Origin: Candidatus Bathyarchaeia archaeon
GTDB lineage: Archaea > Thermoproteota > Bathyarchaeia > Bathyarchaeales > Bathycorpusculaceae
Direction of reading: 5' to 3'
Assembly: GCA_038883795.1 (NCBI GenBank)
Contig: JAVZLK010000003.1
Coordinates: 1-64,000, forward strand
DNA: 64,000 nucleotides
Shown: one piece after another, positions 36,650 through 46,617 of the stretch
Numbering within the stretch: position 1 is the first letter of the stretch
Layout: each line of letters opens with the position of its first letter
Position numbers and translations under genes: made by a program
The notes under the pieces: model-generated
What the model was told of the DNA's origin: nothing
The model's input: only the letters and a program-made list of their open reading frames with translations
Database searches by the model: none

Positions 36650-38338
36650 CTAGGTTTTTGCAAAAATTAGGGTTTCCATGTTTATTTCGAAGGCTGCCAC
36701 TGGATTTTCAAGTTTCCACGCTTCCAAAACTTTTGGGTGAATTTCGCCTAAGACGCCAACATTTTTGCCATTCACTATTGCAGCACCCACTCGCCCTTCA
36801 ATGAAGCTTGGATGTTTAGTTTCCCTTATTTGCCATTCAAAACCAAAATTCATGAGAAAAGCATCCAAAACTGATTTTATTTCGCTGAAACTAGCATTTG
36901 CGTGAGAAATAGCCGCTGCAAGCCTTTCTTCATCCCTTGTTTTTGTTTCCCTTTTCTCGTCCAAAAGTGTAACAGTGCCTAACTCGAAGATTTTTTGTGG
37001 ATATTCCACGTGGAGGTTGTTGCTTAGGAATTCCATGAGGCTTGGGAGTAGCCAGTTTCTTAGGCAGGTGAAGGTTTGAACCTTTGGGTTTGCAACTTCA
37101 ACTATCCGAGTTTTCTTGCAGTTCATCCTTGTGAATAGGTTTTCTGGATTCGTCATAGTGTAGGTTAGGACTTCTTGGAATCCTAAGCCAATCATCAACT
37201 CTCTTGCAATATTTAGTAAGCCTTGTTTTGGGTTTGCGCCGCCTGTTGTTGGGAGTTTGCGCCATAGAGGCTTGATTTTATTATAACCGTAGGCTATTGC
37301 TATGTCTTCGACCAAATCTATTGGATGCATCACATCAATTCTGTAACATGGAATTTGCACGATCACCTTACGACTTTCAATCTTTTCTATGCCGAATCGT
37401 GCTTTTGAAAGAAGCTGGGCGATTTGTTTAGCCTTTAACTGTAAACCCAAAACCTTGTTTACATAATCAATATTCAATTCCATAAGCCATGTGTCAAGGT
37501 TAGGCGTAACAACTTTCATGTTTTCATGTGGATAGTGGATAGTGGTTGAGTAGGCTTCTCCTCCACGGTCAATAAGGGATAACGTAACAATTTTCAAAGT
37601 GTTAAGAACAGTTTCATGCATCGTCCCCGTCACTTCGACAAGCACATGCCGTGTTCGCTCCGTTACTCTTCCCAAATCGTTTGAGTTTATTATTGGCGGG
37701 AAGGATAACACGTTCTTTTTTGAGTCTTGGAGTATGGGATAAACTGAATGCTTTTTCACTATATGCCCATATTCTATGCCCTTCGGATGCCGCTCCAAAA
37801 TCTCCTCCAAATTCATCGTTTCTTCAAACCCGAGGGGGACAAAGCTAACCTCAGTTGGTTTGGCAACTCCATAATGAAGCGGCGGCGTTATGAGGCTGAA
37901 GTCGTATAATCCAATGGATGTTCGTTGCCTATTCCTTCCATAAGTCTGGTCCAGTTTGTCTTGCAAATGCATTAATCCACGGATTATTGTGTCTGTTAGT
38001 TTGACGCCTTTAACTATTGAGCAGCCTATGAATGGCCTAATATCCTTCAGCCTTGGATCTACATAAACCTCAATTATTGACTTGTCCACAGCATACGCTT
38101 TTAATCCCTCTTCCAATCCCAGAAAGCCTCGCAAGGTGCGGGTTAAGCCCTCAATGTTCCATATGTCTGGACGGTTCGTATCCTTAATTTCAATGCTCAT
38201 TACGCCTTCTTTTTCGTCGAAAAGTTTCACTTCGCCCTTCACGTAGGCTAGGATTTCATTAAGCCTTTCCATGTCTTTATGGAGTTCTATGCCGAGCATT
38301 CTTTCAAAATCTGCATAATCAATGTCTATTGTTGGCAT
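36650..38338 (-). CDS. pheT: Phenylalanine--tRNA ligase beta subunit
   Basis: NRPD, LQDKL..YGRNR, SFPPIINS, RIDVMHPIDLVEDIAIAYGY, HPSFIEGR. Confidence 0.96.
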   Translation of the reverse strand: MPTIDIDYADFERMLGIELHKDMERLNEILAYVKGEVKLFDEKEGVMSIEIKDTNRPDIWNIEGLTRTLRGFLGLEEGLKAYAVDKSIIEVYVDPRLKDIRPFIGCSIVKGVKLTDTIIRGLMHLQDKLDQTYGRNRQRTSIGLYDFSLITPPLHYGVAKPTEVSFVPLGFEETMNLEEILERHPKGIEYGHIVKKHSVYPILQDSKKNVLSFPPIINSNDLGRVTERTRHVLVEVTGTMHETVLNTLKIVTLSLIDRGGEAYSTTIHYPHENMKVVTPNLDTWLMELNIDYVNKVLGLQLKAKQIAQLLSKARFGIEKIESRKVIVQIPCYRIDVMHPIDLVEDIAIAYGYNKIKPLWRKLPTTGGANPKQGLLNIARELMIGLGFQEVLTYTMTNPENLFTRMNCKKTRIVEVANPKVQTFTCLRNWLLPSLMEFLSNNLHVEYPQKIFELGTVTLLDEKRETKTRDEERLAAAISHANASFSEIKSVLDAFLMNFGFEWQIRETKHPSFIEGRVGAAIVNGKNVGVLGEIHPKVLEAWKLENPVAAFEINMETLIFAKT

Positions 38339-38339
38339 C

Positions 38340-39851
38340 CTAAACCACCTTTTTCCTCCTTATCCAGTCCAAATCGTAAGTGAAAATTTGGCGGATGTCA
38401 TCTATCCCCGCCTTCATCATGAATAAGCGGTCAATGCCTAAACCCCAAGCGATGACTGGCACATCAACACCTAATGGCAAAGTAACCTCTGGTCTAAAAA
38501 TGCCAGAACCCCCAAACTCAATCCACCCATAACCCTTCTTGTAGGCGCTCAATTCAACACTTGGCTCTGTGAAGGGGAAATAGTCAGGTCTAAATTTGAC
38601 CTCATCAGCCCCAGCAATTTCAATGGCAAATTTTTCTAAAACGCCCAAGAGGTCTCTAAGGGTTAAATCCTTATCCACAACTATGCCCTCCACTTGGTTG
38701 AATTCTGTAAGATGCGTCTTATCCACAACCTCTGGTCTATAACAGCGCACAATCGAGAAATAGCGCCCCGGAATCTCCAAATCCTTGCTTAAGAGAGTTC
38801 TGGCGCTTAGGCATGTTCCATGACCCCGAAGGATTAGGCGCCTAGCCTCCTTCAAAGAGTAGCGGTATCCCCATCCCTTGGAACCAGTTTTCCAACCGTT
38901 TTCATGGGTTTCCTTAACATTTTTTAAAACATGCCTACTGGCGTTTATGCTGCCATATTTTGGCGATTTCACAAAGTATATGCCGAAAATTTCTCGGGCT
39001 GGATGGTCTTGCGGCGTATACAAGGCGTCGAAATTGAAGAAGGACGTTTCCACCGTTGGGCCTGTCATCTCCTTAAATCCCAAAGTGACAAGCTTTTCTT
39101 TCACTTCGTCCAAAAATTGCAGATAAGGATGCTTCTTGCCAGGCCAAGTTTTTGCCACCGGAGCTTCTATATTGTATTTTTGAAGCTTTATTTTTCGCCA
39201 TTTTCCGCTGATGATAAGCTCTGGCGTTAGTTGGGTTATTTCCGCAGCAACTTTCACCCCTTTCTTTACTGCTTTCCATCCAGCTTCCTCCAAAACTATA
39301 ATTCTTTTCGCCTTTTCTTCTGTTTCGAGAAGCTTTCGCCTTTTCAGAATTTGAATAGTTTTTTGAAGTTCTGGACTTAAATTCTCGATCACTTCTTGTC
39401 CTTTTCTATCCAAAATTTTCAAAAGTCTTTCGTCATCCCCTTCTTTTGGTTTTTCCAGCATCTGTAAAGTATTCGCCTTTGTATCTAGCACCGCCCAATG
39501 TTTTTTCTGAATCCAGCCTAAGGCTATAGGTATGAAATGCCTTTCTAAATTGGCTTTTTCAACAACTTTTTCTATAGGAGCTTTCTTGCCAAGCTCTTCT
39601 AAAGCATTTGTTAAGCGTCTTTCTGGCAAGCCCTTTTTCGCGTGAAATTTTCCTTCTTCATTAAGCTTGACTATTGTTTGTTTTTCTTCGTGAATTTTCA
39701 AAAGTTTCCTTTCTTGCAATGCCAAAGCCGCCCGCATAACAGCCGCATCTGAAAGCCCACTCTTAGCCATTATTTGTTCTATTGAAGCTTTTCCATCAAG
39801 CTTTTTTAGGCTTAAAAGCAGTTTATACTCTTGTTCTCTAAGCTTAACCAT
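38340..39851 (-). CDS. pheS: Phenylalanine--tRNA ligase alpha subunit
   Basis: NFDALYTPQDHPARE, THLTEFNQVEG, YFPFTEPS, AWGLGIDRL. Confidence 0.96.
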   Translation of the reverse strand: MVKLREQEYKLLLSLKKLDGKASIEQIMAKSGLSDAAVMRAALALQERKLLKIHEEKQTIVKLNEEGKFHAKKGLPERRLTNALEELGKKAPIEKVVEKANLERHFIPIALGWIQKKHWAVLDTKANTLQMLEKPKEGDDERLLKILDRKGQEVIENLSPELQKTIQILKRRKLLETEEKAKRIIVLEEAGWKAVKKGVKVAAEITQLTPELIISGKWRKIKLQKYNIEAPVAKTWPGKKHPYLQFLDEVKEKLVTLGFKEMTGPTVETSFFNFDALYTPQDHPAREIFGIYFVKSPKYGSINASRHVLKNVKETHENGWKTGSKGWGYRYSLKEARRLILRGHGTCLSARTLLSKDLEIPGRYFSIVRCYRPEVVDKTHLTEFNQVEGIVVDKDLTLRDLLGVLEKFAIEIAGADEVKFRPDYFPFTEPSVELSAYKKGYGWIEFGGSGIFRPEVTLPLGVDVPVIAWGLGIDRLFMMKAGIDDIRQIFTYDLDWIRRKKVV

Positions 39852-40125
39852 GATTTTTCCCCTCGTGAGTTTGAGCGGTTATGCTTCGTATTGTAGTTGT
39901 TTCAGTTTTAATAAAACTATGCATGAGCCACGCTATATTATCCACAGAAAAAGCATGGTGCCTTAAGTAAATTGGCGAGGCATCCCTTCACCAACAGCAC
40001 AATAACCAAACGAAGAAATCATATTTATAGCTTATTCCCCGACAGCATTTTAACTGCAGAATCACACAAAACTTAATACGTTTTTCATGAATTTTATAAA
40101 GAGCTAAAACGCAGGCGGCATCGAA

Positions 40126-41256
40126 TTGGCTGAAAAAAACAAGAATGAAATGATTGTTACTCCCTGGGAAGTTAGAGGCAAAGTGGACTATGAACGTTTA
40201 ATAAGGGACTTCGGCACCCAACCCCTAACAGAAGAACTGCTCCAAAGACTACAAAAACACACCGGCGAACTTCACCTCCAGTTGCGAAGAGGTCTATTCT
40301 TTTCCCATAGGGATTTAGATGTTGTTTTAGACTTGTATGAGAAGGGAACAAAATTTATCTTATATACGGGCAGGGGCCCTTCTGGTCCAGTTCATATTGG
40401 GCATCTTATTCCATGGATTTTTACGAAATACTTGCAGGACAAGTTTAAGACTAGGCTTTATTTTCAGATGACTGATGACGAAAAATTCTTGGTAGAAGAT
40501 GAATTGAAGCTTAAGGATACTAGAAATTTTGCTTACGAAAACGCTCTAGATTTAATTGCTTTAGGCTTTGAACCAGAAGATACGTATATAATCTTTGATG
40601 TTGAAGACATCGGCTTACTTTATGATATTGCCTTAGAAGTGGCGAAACGCATAACCTACTCCACAGCCAGAGCCACCTTCGGATTCCAAGAAAGCACAAA
40701 CATTGGTTGGATATTCTGGCCAGCCATCCAGGCGGTTCCATGCTTCATACATGTAAAGTTGACTGGCGAAAATGTTCCAGCCTTAATTCCAGCAGCCATA
40801 GACCAAGACCCATATTGGAGGGTAACCCGAGACATAGCCCAAAAACTTGGCTACTACAAACCAGCTCAAATTCACTGTCGCTTTTTGCCCGGGTTAGGTG
40901 TTGGCGGAAAAATGAGCGCTTCAGAACCCGAAACATCCATATTCGTTGTAGACCCGCCAGATGTTGTGAAAAGGAAAATTTGGAATGCCTTCACTGGTGG
41001 TAAAGCAACGGTTGAAGAACAGCGAAAGCTTGGCGGCGAACCAGAAATCTGCACCGTTTTCCAATACTTCACCTTCCTATTTGAGGAAAATGACAAAAAA
41101 TTGGCTGAAAGAAGGGAGAAATGCAAGAAAGGCGAAATTTTGTGTGGCGAATGCAAAACAGAATTGACGGAAAGGGTTAACAAATTCTTAATTGAGCACA
41201 GAAAGAAAAGGGAGAAAGCAAGAAATATTATAGATAAATTTCATCTTAAACGCTAA
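40126..41256 (+). CDS. trpS: Tryptophan--tRNA ligase
   Basis: VTPW, YTGRGPS..HIGH, TDDEK, AIDQDPY, KMSAS. Confidence 0.96.
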   Translation: MAEKNKNEMIVTPWEVRGKVDYERLIRDFGTQPLTEELLQRLQKHTGELHLQLRRGLFFSHRDLDVVLDLYEKGTKFILYTGRGPSGPVHIGHLIPWIFTKYLQDKFKTRLYFQMTDDEKFLVEDELKLKDTRNFAYENALDLIALGFEPEDTYIIFDVEDIGLLYDIALEVAKRITYSTARATFGFQESTNIGWIFWPAIQAVPCFIHVKLTGENVPALIPAAIDQDPYWRVTRDIAQKLGYYKPAQIHCRFLPGLGVGGKMSASEPETSIFVVDPPDVVKRKIWNAFTGGKATVEEQRKLGGEPEICTVFQYFTFLFEENDKKLAERREKCKKGEILCGECKTELTERVNKFLIEHRKKREKARNIIDKFHLKR

Positions 41257-41269
41257 AAGGGTGTTGTAA

Positions 41270-41833
41270 ATGGCTGAAAAAGAAAAAGTTAACGTTAACC
41301 TTTCACACGCTTCAAAGCTTCTCCACCCCATGCACACAGTGCTCGTCTCTTGCGTCGGCAAGGCTGGAAAACCAAACATAATAACTTTGGCGTGGGCTAT
41401 GCCAACATCCATAAACCCGCCGCTGGTTGCCATAAGCATTGCTCCACGAAGATATTCGCATGCGCTCATCGAAGAGACAGAAGAGTTTGTAATCAACATT
41501 CCGACAATGGAAATATTGAGGGAAACCCTGTTTTGCGGAAGAAGAAGCGGTAGAAACCTTGACAAGTTTAAGGAAACTGGCTTAACGCCAGCACCAGCCA
41601 GAAAAGTGAAGCCTCCAATAATAAAGGAGTGCATAGCCCATCTAGAATGTAAACTTCACAGTCAATTTACGACCGGAGATCACACGATTTTTGTTGGTGA
41701 AATAGTTGAGGCGTATGCGGAAAAAGAAGTTTTCAAAGAATTATACAATTTAGAAAAAGCAAGGATGATATTTCATCTTGGCGGAGACGAATTCGCAACC
41801 CTCGAACCCAAAGTTTTCAAGCCAACAATTTAA
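41270..41833 (+). CDS. Flavin reductase-like (flavoredoxin family) protein
   Basis: PNIITLAW, NPPLVAISI, EFVINIP, SGRNLDKF, GDHTIFVGEI. Confidence 0.88.
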   Translation: MAEKEKVNVNLSHASKLLHPMHTVLVSCVGKAGKPNIITLAWAMPTSINPPLVAISIAPRRYSHALIEETEEFVINIPTMEILRETLFCGRRSGRNLDKFKETGLTPAPARKVKPPIIKECIAHLECKLHSQFTTGDHTIFVGEIVEAYAEKEVFKELYNLEKARMIFHLGGDEFATLEPKVFKPTI

Positions 41834-42510
41834 AACTGATAGCTTTCGCCAGGCTTCAGTACAACAACTTTTACTCTCTGCACTTTTTCTTTGGCAATTT
41901 TCACAAATTCGTCTGCTGACTGCGCCAGAACCGGGAAGGTTTTGTAATGCATTGGGATGACCACTTTTGGCTTAAGCAGTTTAACGGCTTCAACAGCCTC
42001 CTTCGCATTCATTGTGTAGTAGCCTCCGATTGGAATCAAAGCTAAATCTGGCTTGTGAAAATCGCCTATAAACTGCATGTCTCCGAAAAAGGCTGTGTCT
42101 CCAGCATGATAAACGGTTTTGCCTTCTCCTTGAATTATCACACCTGTTGGTGCGCCTCTGGAGCATGTGTGAACTGCTGGAACAATGGAAAGCTTTACTC
42201 CTTTGATTTCTATTGTTCCGCCAAAATTCAATCCAACAGCATTTTTCACGTTGTTTTCTTTTGCATGGTTGGCAAGTTCCACCACGCCAGCAAAAGTTGC
42301 ATCCGTCCTTTTGCAAATGGCGAAGGCTTCCCCTAAATGGTCTCCATGGTCATGGGTAACGAAAACTATGTCCGCCTTGCTTATTTCCGAAGCCTTCACT
42401 GGCGAGGTTGGGTTTCCATCAAGCCAAGGGTCGACCAAAACAATTTTGTCTGCAATTTCAATTTTGAAGGCTGCATGTCCAAACCATGTTATCTTAGCCA
42501 AATACACCAC
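41830..42510 (-). CDS. Metal-dependent hydrolase, metallo-beta-lactamase fold (UPF0173-like)
   Basis: WFGHAAF, VDPW, THDHGDH, YHAGDT, PIGGYYTM, PMHY. Confidence 0.92.
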   Translation of the reverse strand: MVYLAKITWFGHAAFKIEIADKIVLVDPWLDGNPTSPVKASEISKADIVFVTHDHGDHLGEAFAICKRTDATFAGVVELANHAKENNVKNAVGLNFGGTIEIKGVKLSIVPAVHTCSRGAPTGVIIQGEGKTVYHAGDTAFFGDMQFIGDFHKPDLALIPIGGYYTMNAKEAVEAVKLLKPKVVIPMHYKTFPVLAQSADEFVKIAKEKVQRVKVVVLKPGESYQF

Positions 42511-42571
42511 CCTTTAAATTAAACTTTTAAACTATAACATGGTTAGCATTAATAAAAATAGTGTGAAATCA

Positions 42572-43477
42572 ATGAGTGTTTATGACAAAGAAGCCCTAAA
42601 AAAACTTCGGTTGTCTGGAAAAATCCTCCGTGAAACAAGGGAGGAAATAAAAAATTTCGTGCAAGAAGACATGCCAATAATCCAAATATGCGAAAAAGCA
42701 GAAAACCTCATACGCAAGAAAGGCGGAAAACCAGCCTTCCCATGTAACGTTTCAATAAACGAAATAGCAGCACATTACACGTCACCTCCAAATGATGAAC
42801 GTAAAATTCCAAAAAACTCCCTTGTCAAAGTGGACATAGGCGTCCACGTAGACGGTTATGTAACAGACACGGCAGTTACATTATGTTTTAACCCAGAATA
42901 CGAAAGCCTCGTGGAAACGGCTGAACAAGCATTAAAAACAGCCATAGAAAACATCCGCCCAGAAATTTCCACATCAAAATTAGGCGCTATTATAGAGAAA
43001 ACCATAAAATCCCGCGGTTTCAAACCAATTTCAAACTTAACTGGGCATCAAGTTGGCAGATATCTTGTGCATGCTGGCACATCAATCCCAAACGTTTCCC
43101 AATTGTCATTCTCAAAAATTAAATTGGGCGAAGTTTACGCCATTGAACCCTTCGTAACTCTTTCAGAGGCTGCTGGTCGAGTAAAAGACGGCGAAGAAGT
43201 CACAATTTTCCGTTTTCTCAAATCAAGGTCGCTAAAAAATCCATATTCCAAAAAGCTTCTAAAGCATATCGAGAAAAACTTTAGAACATTGCCCTTTGCA
43301 GAACGCTGGTTAAAAAACGTGGTTCCACAAACCCATTATCCAGAAGCCTTCAAAGAATTAATAGTTTCCAAATCCATAATGGGCTATCCAGTATTCATCG
43401 AAGCCAGCAGAAAACCCGTGGCACAAGCCGAACACACAGTTTTGATAGTTGAAGACGGTTGTGTTGTCCTCACCTAA
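42572..43477 (+). CDS. map: Methionine aminopeptidase type II
   Basis: AFPCNVS, AAHYT, DIGVHVDG..DTA, NLTGH, AIEPF, QAEHT. Confidence 0.95.
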   Translation: MSVYDKEALKKLRLSGKILRETREEIKNFVQEDMPIIQICEKAENLIRKKGGKPAFPCNVSINEIAAHYTSPPNDERKIPKNSLVKVDIGVHVDGYVTDTAVTLCFNPEYESLVETAEQALKTAIENIRPEISTSKLGAIIEKTIKSRGFKPISNLTGHQVGRYLVHAGTSIPNVSQLSFSKIKLGEVYAIEPFVTLSEAAGRVKDGEEVTIFRFLKSRSLKNPYSKKLLKHIEKNFRTLPFAERWLKNVVPQTHYPEAFKELIVSKSIMGYPVFIEASRKPVAQAEHTVLIVEDGCVVLT

Positions 43478-43896
43478 AAGGGAAAGCGCTCCCTTTCCTT
43501 CTCTTTAACTTCTCTGTAAATTGCCGTTATCAGCATTTTTTCATTACATTTTTGGCATGGCTCAACTTCCTTGAATATGTAATCGCCCCGCTGAAACTCT
43601 CTGACGCTTTTGAAGCCGCATTTTCTACACTCAATCGTAGTCGTTATCTGGGGAAGTTCAATCCTCAAACTCAATATTCGCCTTCTTGTTTGAAACAGCA
43701 GGTATGTGGAAAAGGCTACGCCCAAGAAGCCTATCAATAAGAGGTATCCAGCAAAAACTTCTTGTTCAGCAATAAAGGCGTTTATTGCCACTATAAGAAC
43801 CGTTAAAGACAATGCTAAAGTTACAAAAATTATCATCAATATGAATGAAGAGATTCTTGCTGGTGCAGACGCTGAAGCCTTACTCATTTCAATCAT
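43474..43896 (-). CDS. Two-TM membrane protein with C-terminal zinc ribbon
   Basis: Two hydrophobic helices, then CRKC...REFQRGDYIFK...CQKC. Confidence 0.75.
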   Translation of the reverse strand: MIEMSKASASAPARISSFILMIIFVTLALSLTVLIVAINAFIAEQEVFAGYLLLIGFLGVAFSTYLLFQTRRRILSLRIELPQITTTIECRKCGFKSVREFQRGDYIFKEVEPCQKCNEKMLITAIYREVKEKERERFPF

Positions 43897-43898
43897 CT

Positions 43899-45023
43899 CT
43901 ACTGTCCAATACCGATAGTATTGCCAGCCCCAGCAATTATCACCTTGTCCCCTTCCTTAGTCCTTTCCAAAATAACATGCTTTATCCTCTCAATAGCATT
44001 ATCAACCGCGTCAAAAATCTCTTTACGCATTGGTGAAACTGCATCACCAATATCCTCTTTTATTATCACAGCGTTTATTGGAATACGATATTTGAGAATT
44101 GATTCTTCAATCTTGAATTGGTCAACTCCAGGTCCGCCTATGGCTGTTCCAACACCCTCAGCAACTTCGCCGACCTCTTCGCCTTCAAGCTTCAAGGCAG
44201 CATCCACCATAATTATCGTAGCAATTTTTCCCTCATTTTCCTCTATTATTGTTTTAATGGCGTCCCCAATTTTGCCAACATTTCCTCCGGGTCCCTCTGC
44301 TTTTATAACGTAGGCTGTGCGTCCCTCTATTGGAACTGTTGCAACAACACAGTCTTTAGGTAGTTTTCTTATTTCGTGCCCGTGCATAAGTTTTGCTGCC
44401 ACCATGGCGCCTGCCCCGTCACCTATTGGTTGACCGTAGGCGAAGGCTTTTAATGCGCTGGCGTAGGCTTCTGCTTCCCGCATAACCAGAGGCAATATCA
44501 TTTGCAATTGCATTATGACGTAGAGGCTTAATGTTTTCTTTCCAAGCAAATAATAATGCCTAATCACCTTGTAAATGTAGTTTAACGCCATAGCAGCTTC
44601 CAGAGTGTTCTCCAAATTGTTGGCTTGCGTTTCATCCGCCGCTGGAGCCATAAGCTTCACTTCATCCTTGAAGCGAGCATCCCTAACGTCAAGAATATGC
44701 TCAAGCTTCCAAACAACACCTGCGGGGTCAAGACTTTGCGGCGCAATTGTAAAGTATTCTAGAAATCTGTCAACTCTGCTGGCGGGTTCCGTCTGCGGTT
44801 TTCCAATTTCTTTAATGGTTTCTATGGCGATTTTTCTTCCTTCATCCTTTATATATTTGAGTTTGTAAAGGGAGCTTTCCACCTCTCTCAGCGTCACTTG
44901 CAGTTGGATTCTCTGTCCATAAAATATGAAAAATACGAAGAAGAGAATGTAGAGAATGCTTATAATCTGTGATAAATCAATCTGCAGCAACACTATTCCC
45001 AAGAGCATCATTAATTCAAACAC
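43899..45023 (-). CDS. DUF1512 family protein
   Basis: LDPAGVV, IRHYY, PIGDGAG, KAEGPGG, VDAALKLEGE, GAGNTIGIGQ. Confidence 0.85.
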   Translation of the reverse strand: MFELMMLLGIVLLQIDLSQIISILYILFFVFFIFYGQRIQLQVTLREVESSLYKLKYIKDEGRKIAIETIKEIGKPQTEPASRVDRFLEYFTIAPQSLDPAGVVWKLEHILDVRDARFKDEVKLMAPAADETQANNLENTLEAAMALNYIYKVIRHYYLLGKKTLSLYVIMQLQMILPLVMREAEAYASALKAFAYGQPIGDGAGAMVAAKLMHGHEIRKLPKDCVVATVPIEGRTAYVIKAEGPGGNVGKIGDAIKTIIEENEGKIATIIMVDAALKLEGEEVGEVAEGVGTAIGGPGVDQFKIEESILKYRIPINAVIIKEDIGDAVSPMRKEIFDAVDNAIERIKHVILERTKEGDKVIIAGAGNTIGIGQ

Positions 45024-45107
45024 TATTACCAGCTCACCTTTCGAAAAACTATCAAACGCTTAGTTATAAATTTTAGGTAATTTTCCTCCAAATTTAAACA
45101 CTATAAG

Positions 45108-45234
45108 TGGGGCTGCCAGCTTTCCCGGCTTCGCGTGGCCGAAGACCACACTACAACCGGGAACGGAGCACGGTTTAACTTCTGAGTTCGGAATGGGATC
45201 AGGTGGGTCCCGTGCCCTATGGCCGGCAAACCCC
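45108..45234 (-). rRNA. rrf: 5S rRNA (unlinked to 16S/23S)
   Basis: GGCCATAG...CCTGATCCCATTCCGAACTCAGAAGTTAAACC...; terminal helix GGGGTTTGCCGGC / GCTGGCAGCCCC. Confidence 0.95.
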
Positions 45235-45273
45235 AAAATACACGTTAAGCCTTTGCTCATTAACTTTTCGCTT

Positions 45274-46203
45274 TTAGCCTTTTTCTTTAATGATGGCTTC
45301 CCATATTCCGAAGCCGCCTACAGTTTCTGGGCGTTCTACCGGGTTATACCATCTTTTCTTTGTCCCAATTTTCGCCCGCATCTTCCACCCAAAAGATTTC
45401 GGCTCCTTCTCTATAATCTCTAATAAATTGTCTATTTTTTGGATTATCTCTTCTCGGTCTTCCTTTTTGATTTGTTTTGGGTCTATGTTGGCTTCGGAAC
45501 CAAATTTTTCGATTTCTGAAAGGAATATTTTGATTTTCTTGAGGTTTGATGTAGCTGTATACCAGAGTCCCCAGTCTTGAGCTAAAAGTTTTGCAATATA
45601 TAATGCGTCTATGCTTTCCTTTTCGCCTTTTTCTTTTATAGCGTGCGCTTTTAGCAGAAGTAAACAGTCTTTTAGGTCTTTTACGCTGAAGGCTTCCCAA
45701 ATCTGCAACTTCTCCAATAGCATGTCCGTCACGGTTATTGTGGGATAATCGAGTTCCAGTCTTCCCCTAAAATCAATGGGATGATTTGCCACCAACAACT
45801 TGTCAAAGAAAACATCCACGTAAAACCAGCCCTTCGGATGATAATATATCTGCCTTCCAGACGCCGCCGTGGAAAGCGTTATTTTCCTTTTAACATAGCC
45901 AATTTTGTCAAAGAAATCTTTCATTTTATCCCTATAACTGCCATAAGAGACAAAATCAATATCGCTATATTCTTGCCCCTCAATAACTCCGGTGCCAATC
46001 CTACCCAATTTCTGCGCAAAATCCCTATATTCTTGACAGTGAACTGCTATGCCCAACCCACCCAAAATCCTCAAAATTAACCCCTCCTGTCGGGTTTTCT
46101 CAACGATCTCTTGGGATTCACGCAAGAAAACCTCTGTGGGAACAATCCCCCTCCATTCTTCTGGCAGTTCCCGCTTAATTTCCTTTTTCAAAAGCCAAGC
46201 CAT
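45274..46203 (-). CDS. Nucleotidyltransferase-superfamily protein of unknown function
   Basis: LRILGGLG...YSDIDF...VDVF...DMLLEKLQI...KDLKD. Confidence 0.7.
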   Translation of the reverse strand: MAWLLKKEIKRELPEEWRGIVPTEVFLRESQEIVEKTRQEGLILRILGGLGIAVHCQEYRDFAQKLGRIGTGVIEGQEYSDIDFVSYGSYRDKMKDFFDKIGYVKRKITLSTAASGRQIYYHPKGWFYVDVFFDKLLVANHPIDFRGRLELDYPTITVTDMLLEKLQIWEAFSVKDLKDCLLLLKAHAIKEKGEKESIDALYIAKLLAQDWGLWYTATSNLKKIKIFLSEIEKFGSEANIDPKQIKKEDREEIIQKIDNLLEIIEKEPKSFGWKMRAKIGTKKRWYNPVERPETVGGFGIWEAIIKEKG

Positions 46204-46289
46204 TCCCTAATCCTCACCATTCCTATAAAAATAAGAATAACGCATATATTTTATCCTTCCAGTAAATCTAATGCCACAAAACAAAACAG

Positions 46290-46460
46290 GGGGCCGTAGT
46301 CTAGGAAGGTATGACGACGGGCTCCAGAATAGCCTAAAACGGGTTTGCGGACTGCACCATGCGGAATGAAGAAATTCTGGAGCGGTCATAGAGAAACCCG
46401 TAGGAACAGTCAAGCGCTGTTTCCGGGGAAAGGTCGTCGGTTCAAATCCGGCCGGCCCCA
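46290..46460 (+). tRNA. tRNA-Trp(CCA) with two introns (68 nt at 37/38, 46328-46395; ~29 nt at about 43/44, 46402-46430)
   Basis: Removing both introns gives a 74-nt cloverleaf: GGGGCCG...ACGGG-CTCCAGA-CCCGT-AGGTC-GTCGG-TTCAAAT-CCGGC-CGGCCCC-A. Both introns have BHB-like junctions. Confidence 0.9.
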
Positions 46461-46532
46461 CATTTTTAAGCAATTTCAAAGCAACGTTTAAGCGGCGGCT
46501 TCGCAAAAACAGAGCAAAAAACTTGCCTTTTT
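46446..46532 (+). repeat. attL-like: tRNA-Trp 3' core plus right arm (copy 1)
   Basis: 85 of 87 nt identical to 47886-47972; weaker similarity continues to about 46590 versus about 48030. Confidence 0.9.
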
Positions 46533-46617
46533 AGATTAACTACTTAGCATTAGAAATTAGATAACAGGTTAGCCGTTTAAATTTTACAAACAGCCCCCAT
46601 TTGTTAGCTGGCTACTA

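Noticed and set aside
39852-40125. Possible sRNA or leader peptide between pheS and trpS
   Set aside because: Only a 19-codon ORF and no convincing stems or C/D boxes; divergent promoters explain the gap.
45108-45234. Stand-alone 5S rRNA as a novelty
   Set aside because: Unlinked 5S genes are normal in TACK archaea.
45060-45260. 66-aa ORF
   Set aside because: It is a translation of the 5S rRNA gene.
46207-46506. 99-aa ORF
   Set aside because: Antisense to tRNA-Trp; GPAGFEP is the typical tRNA-antisense artefact.
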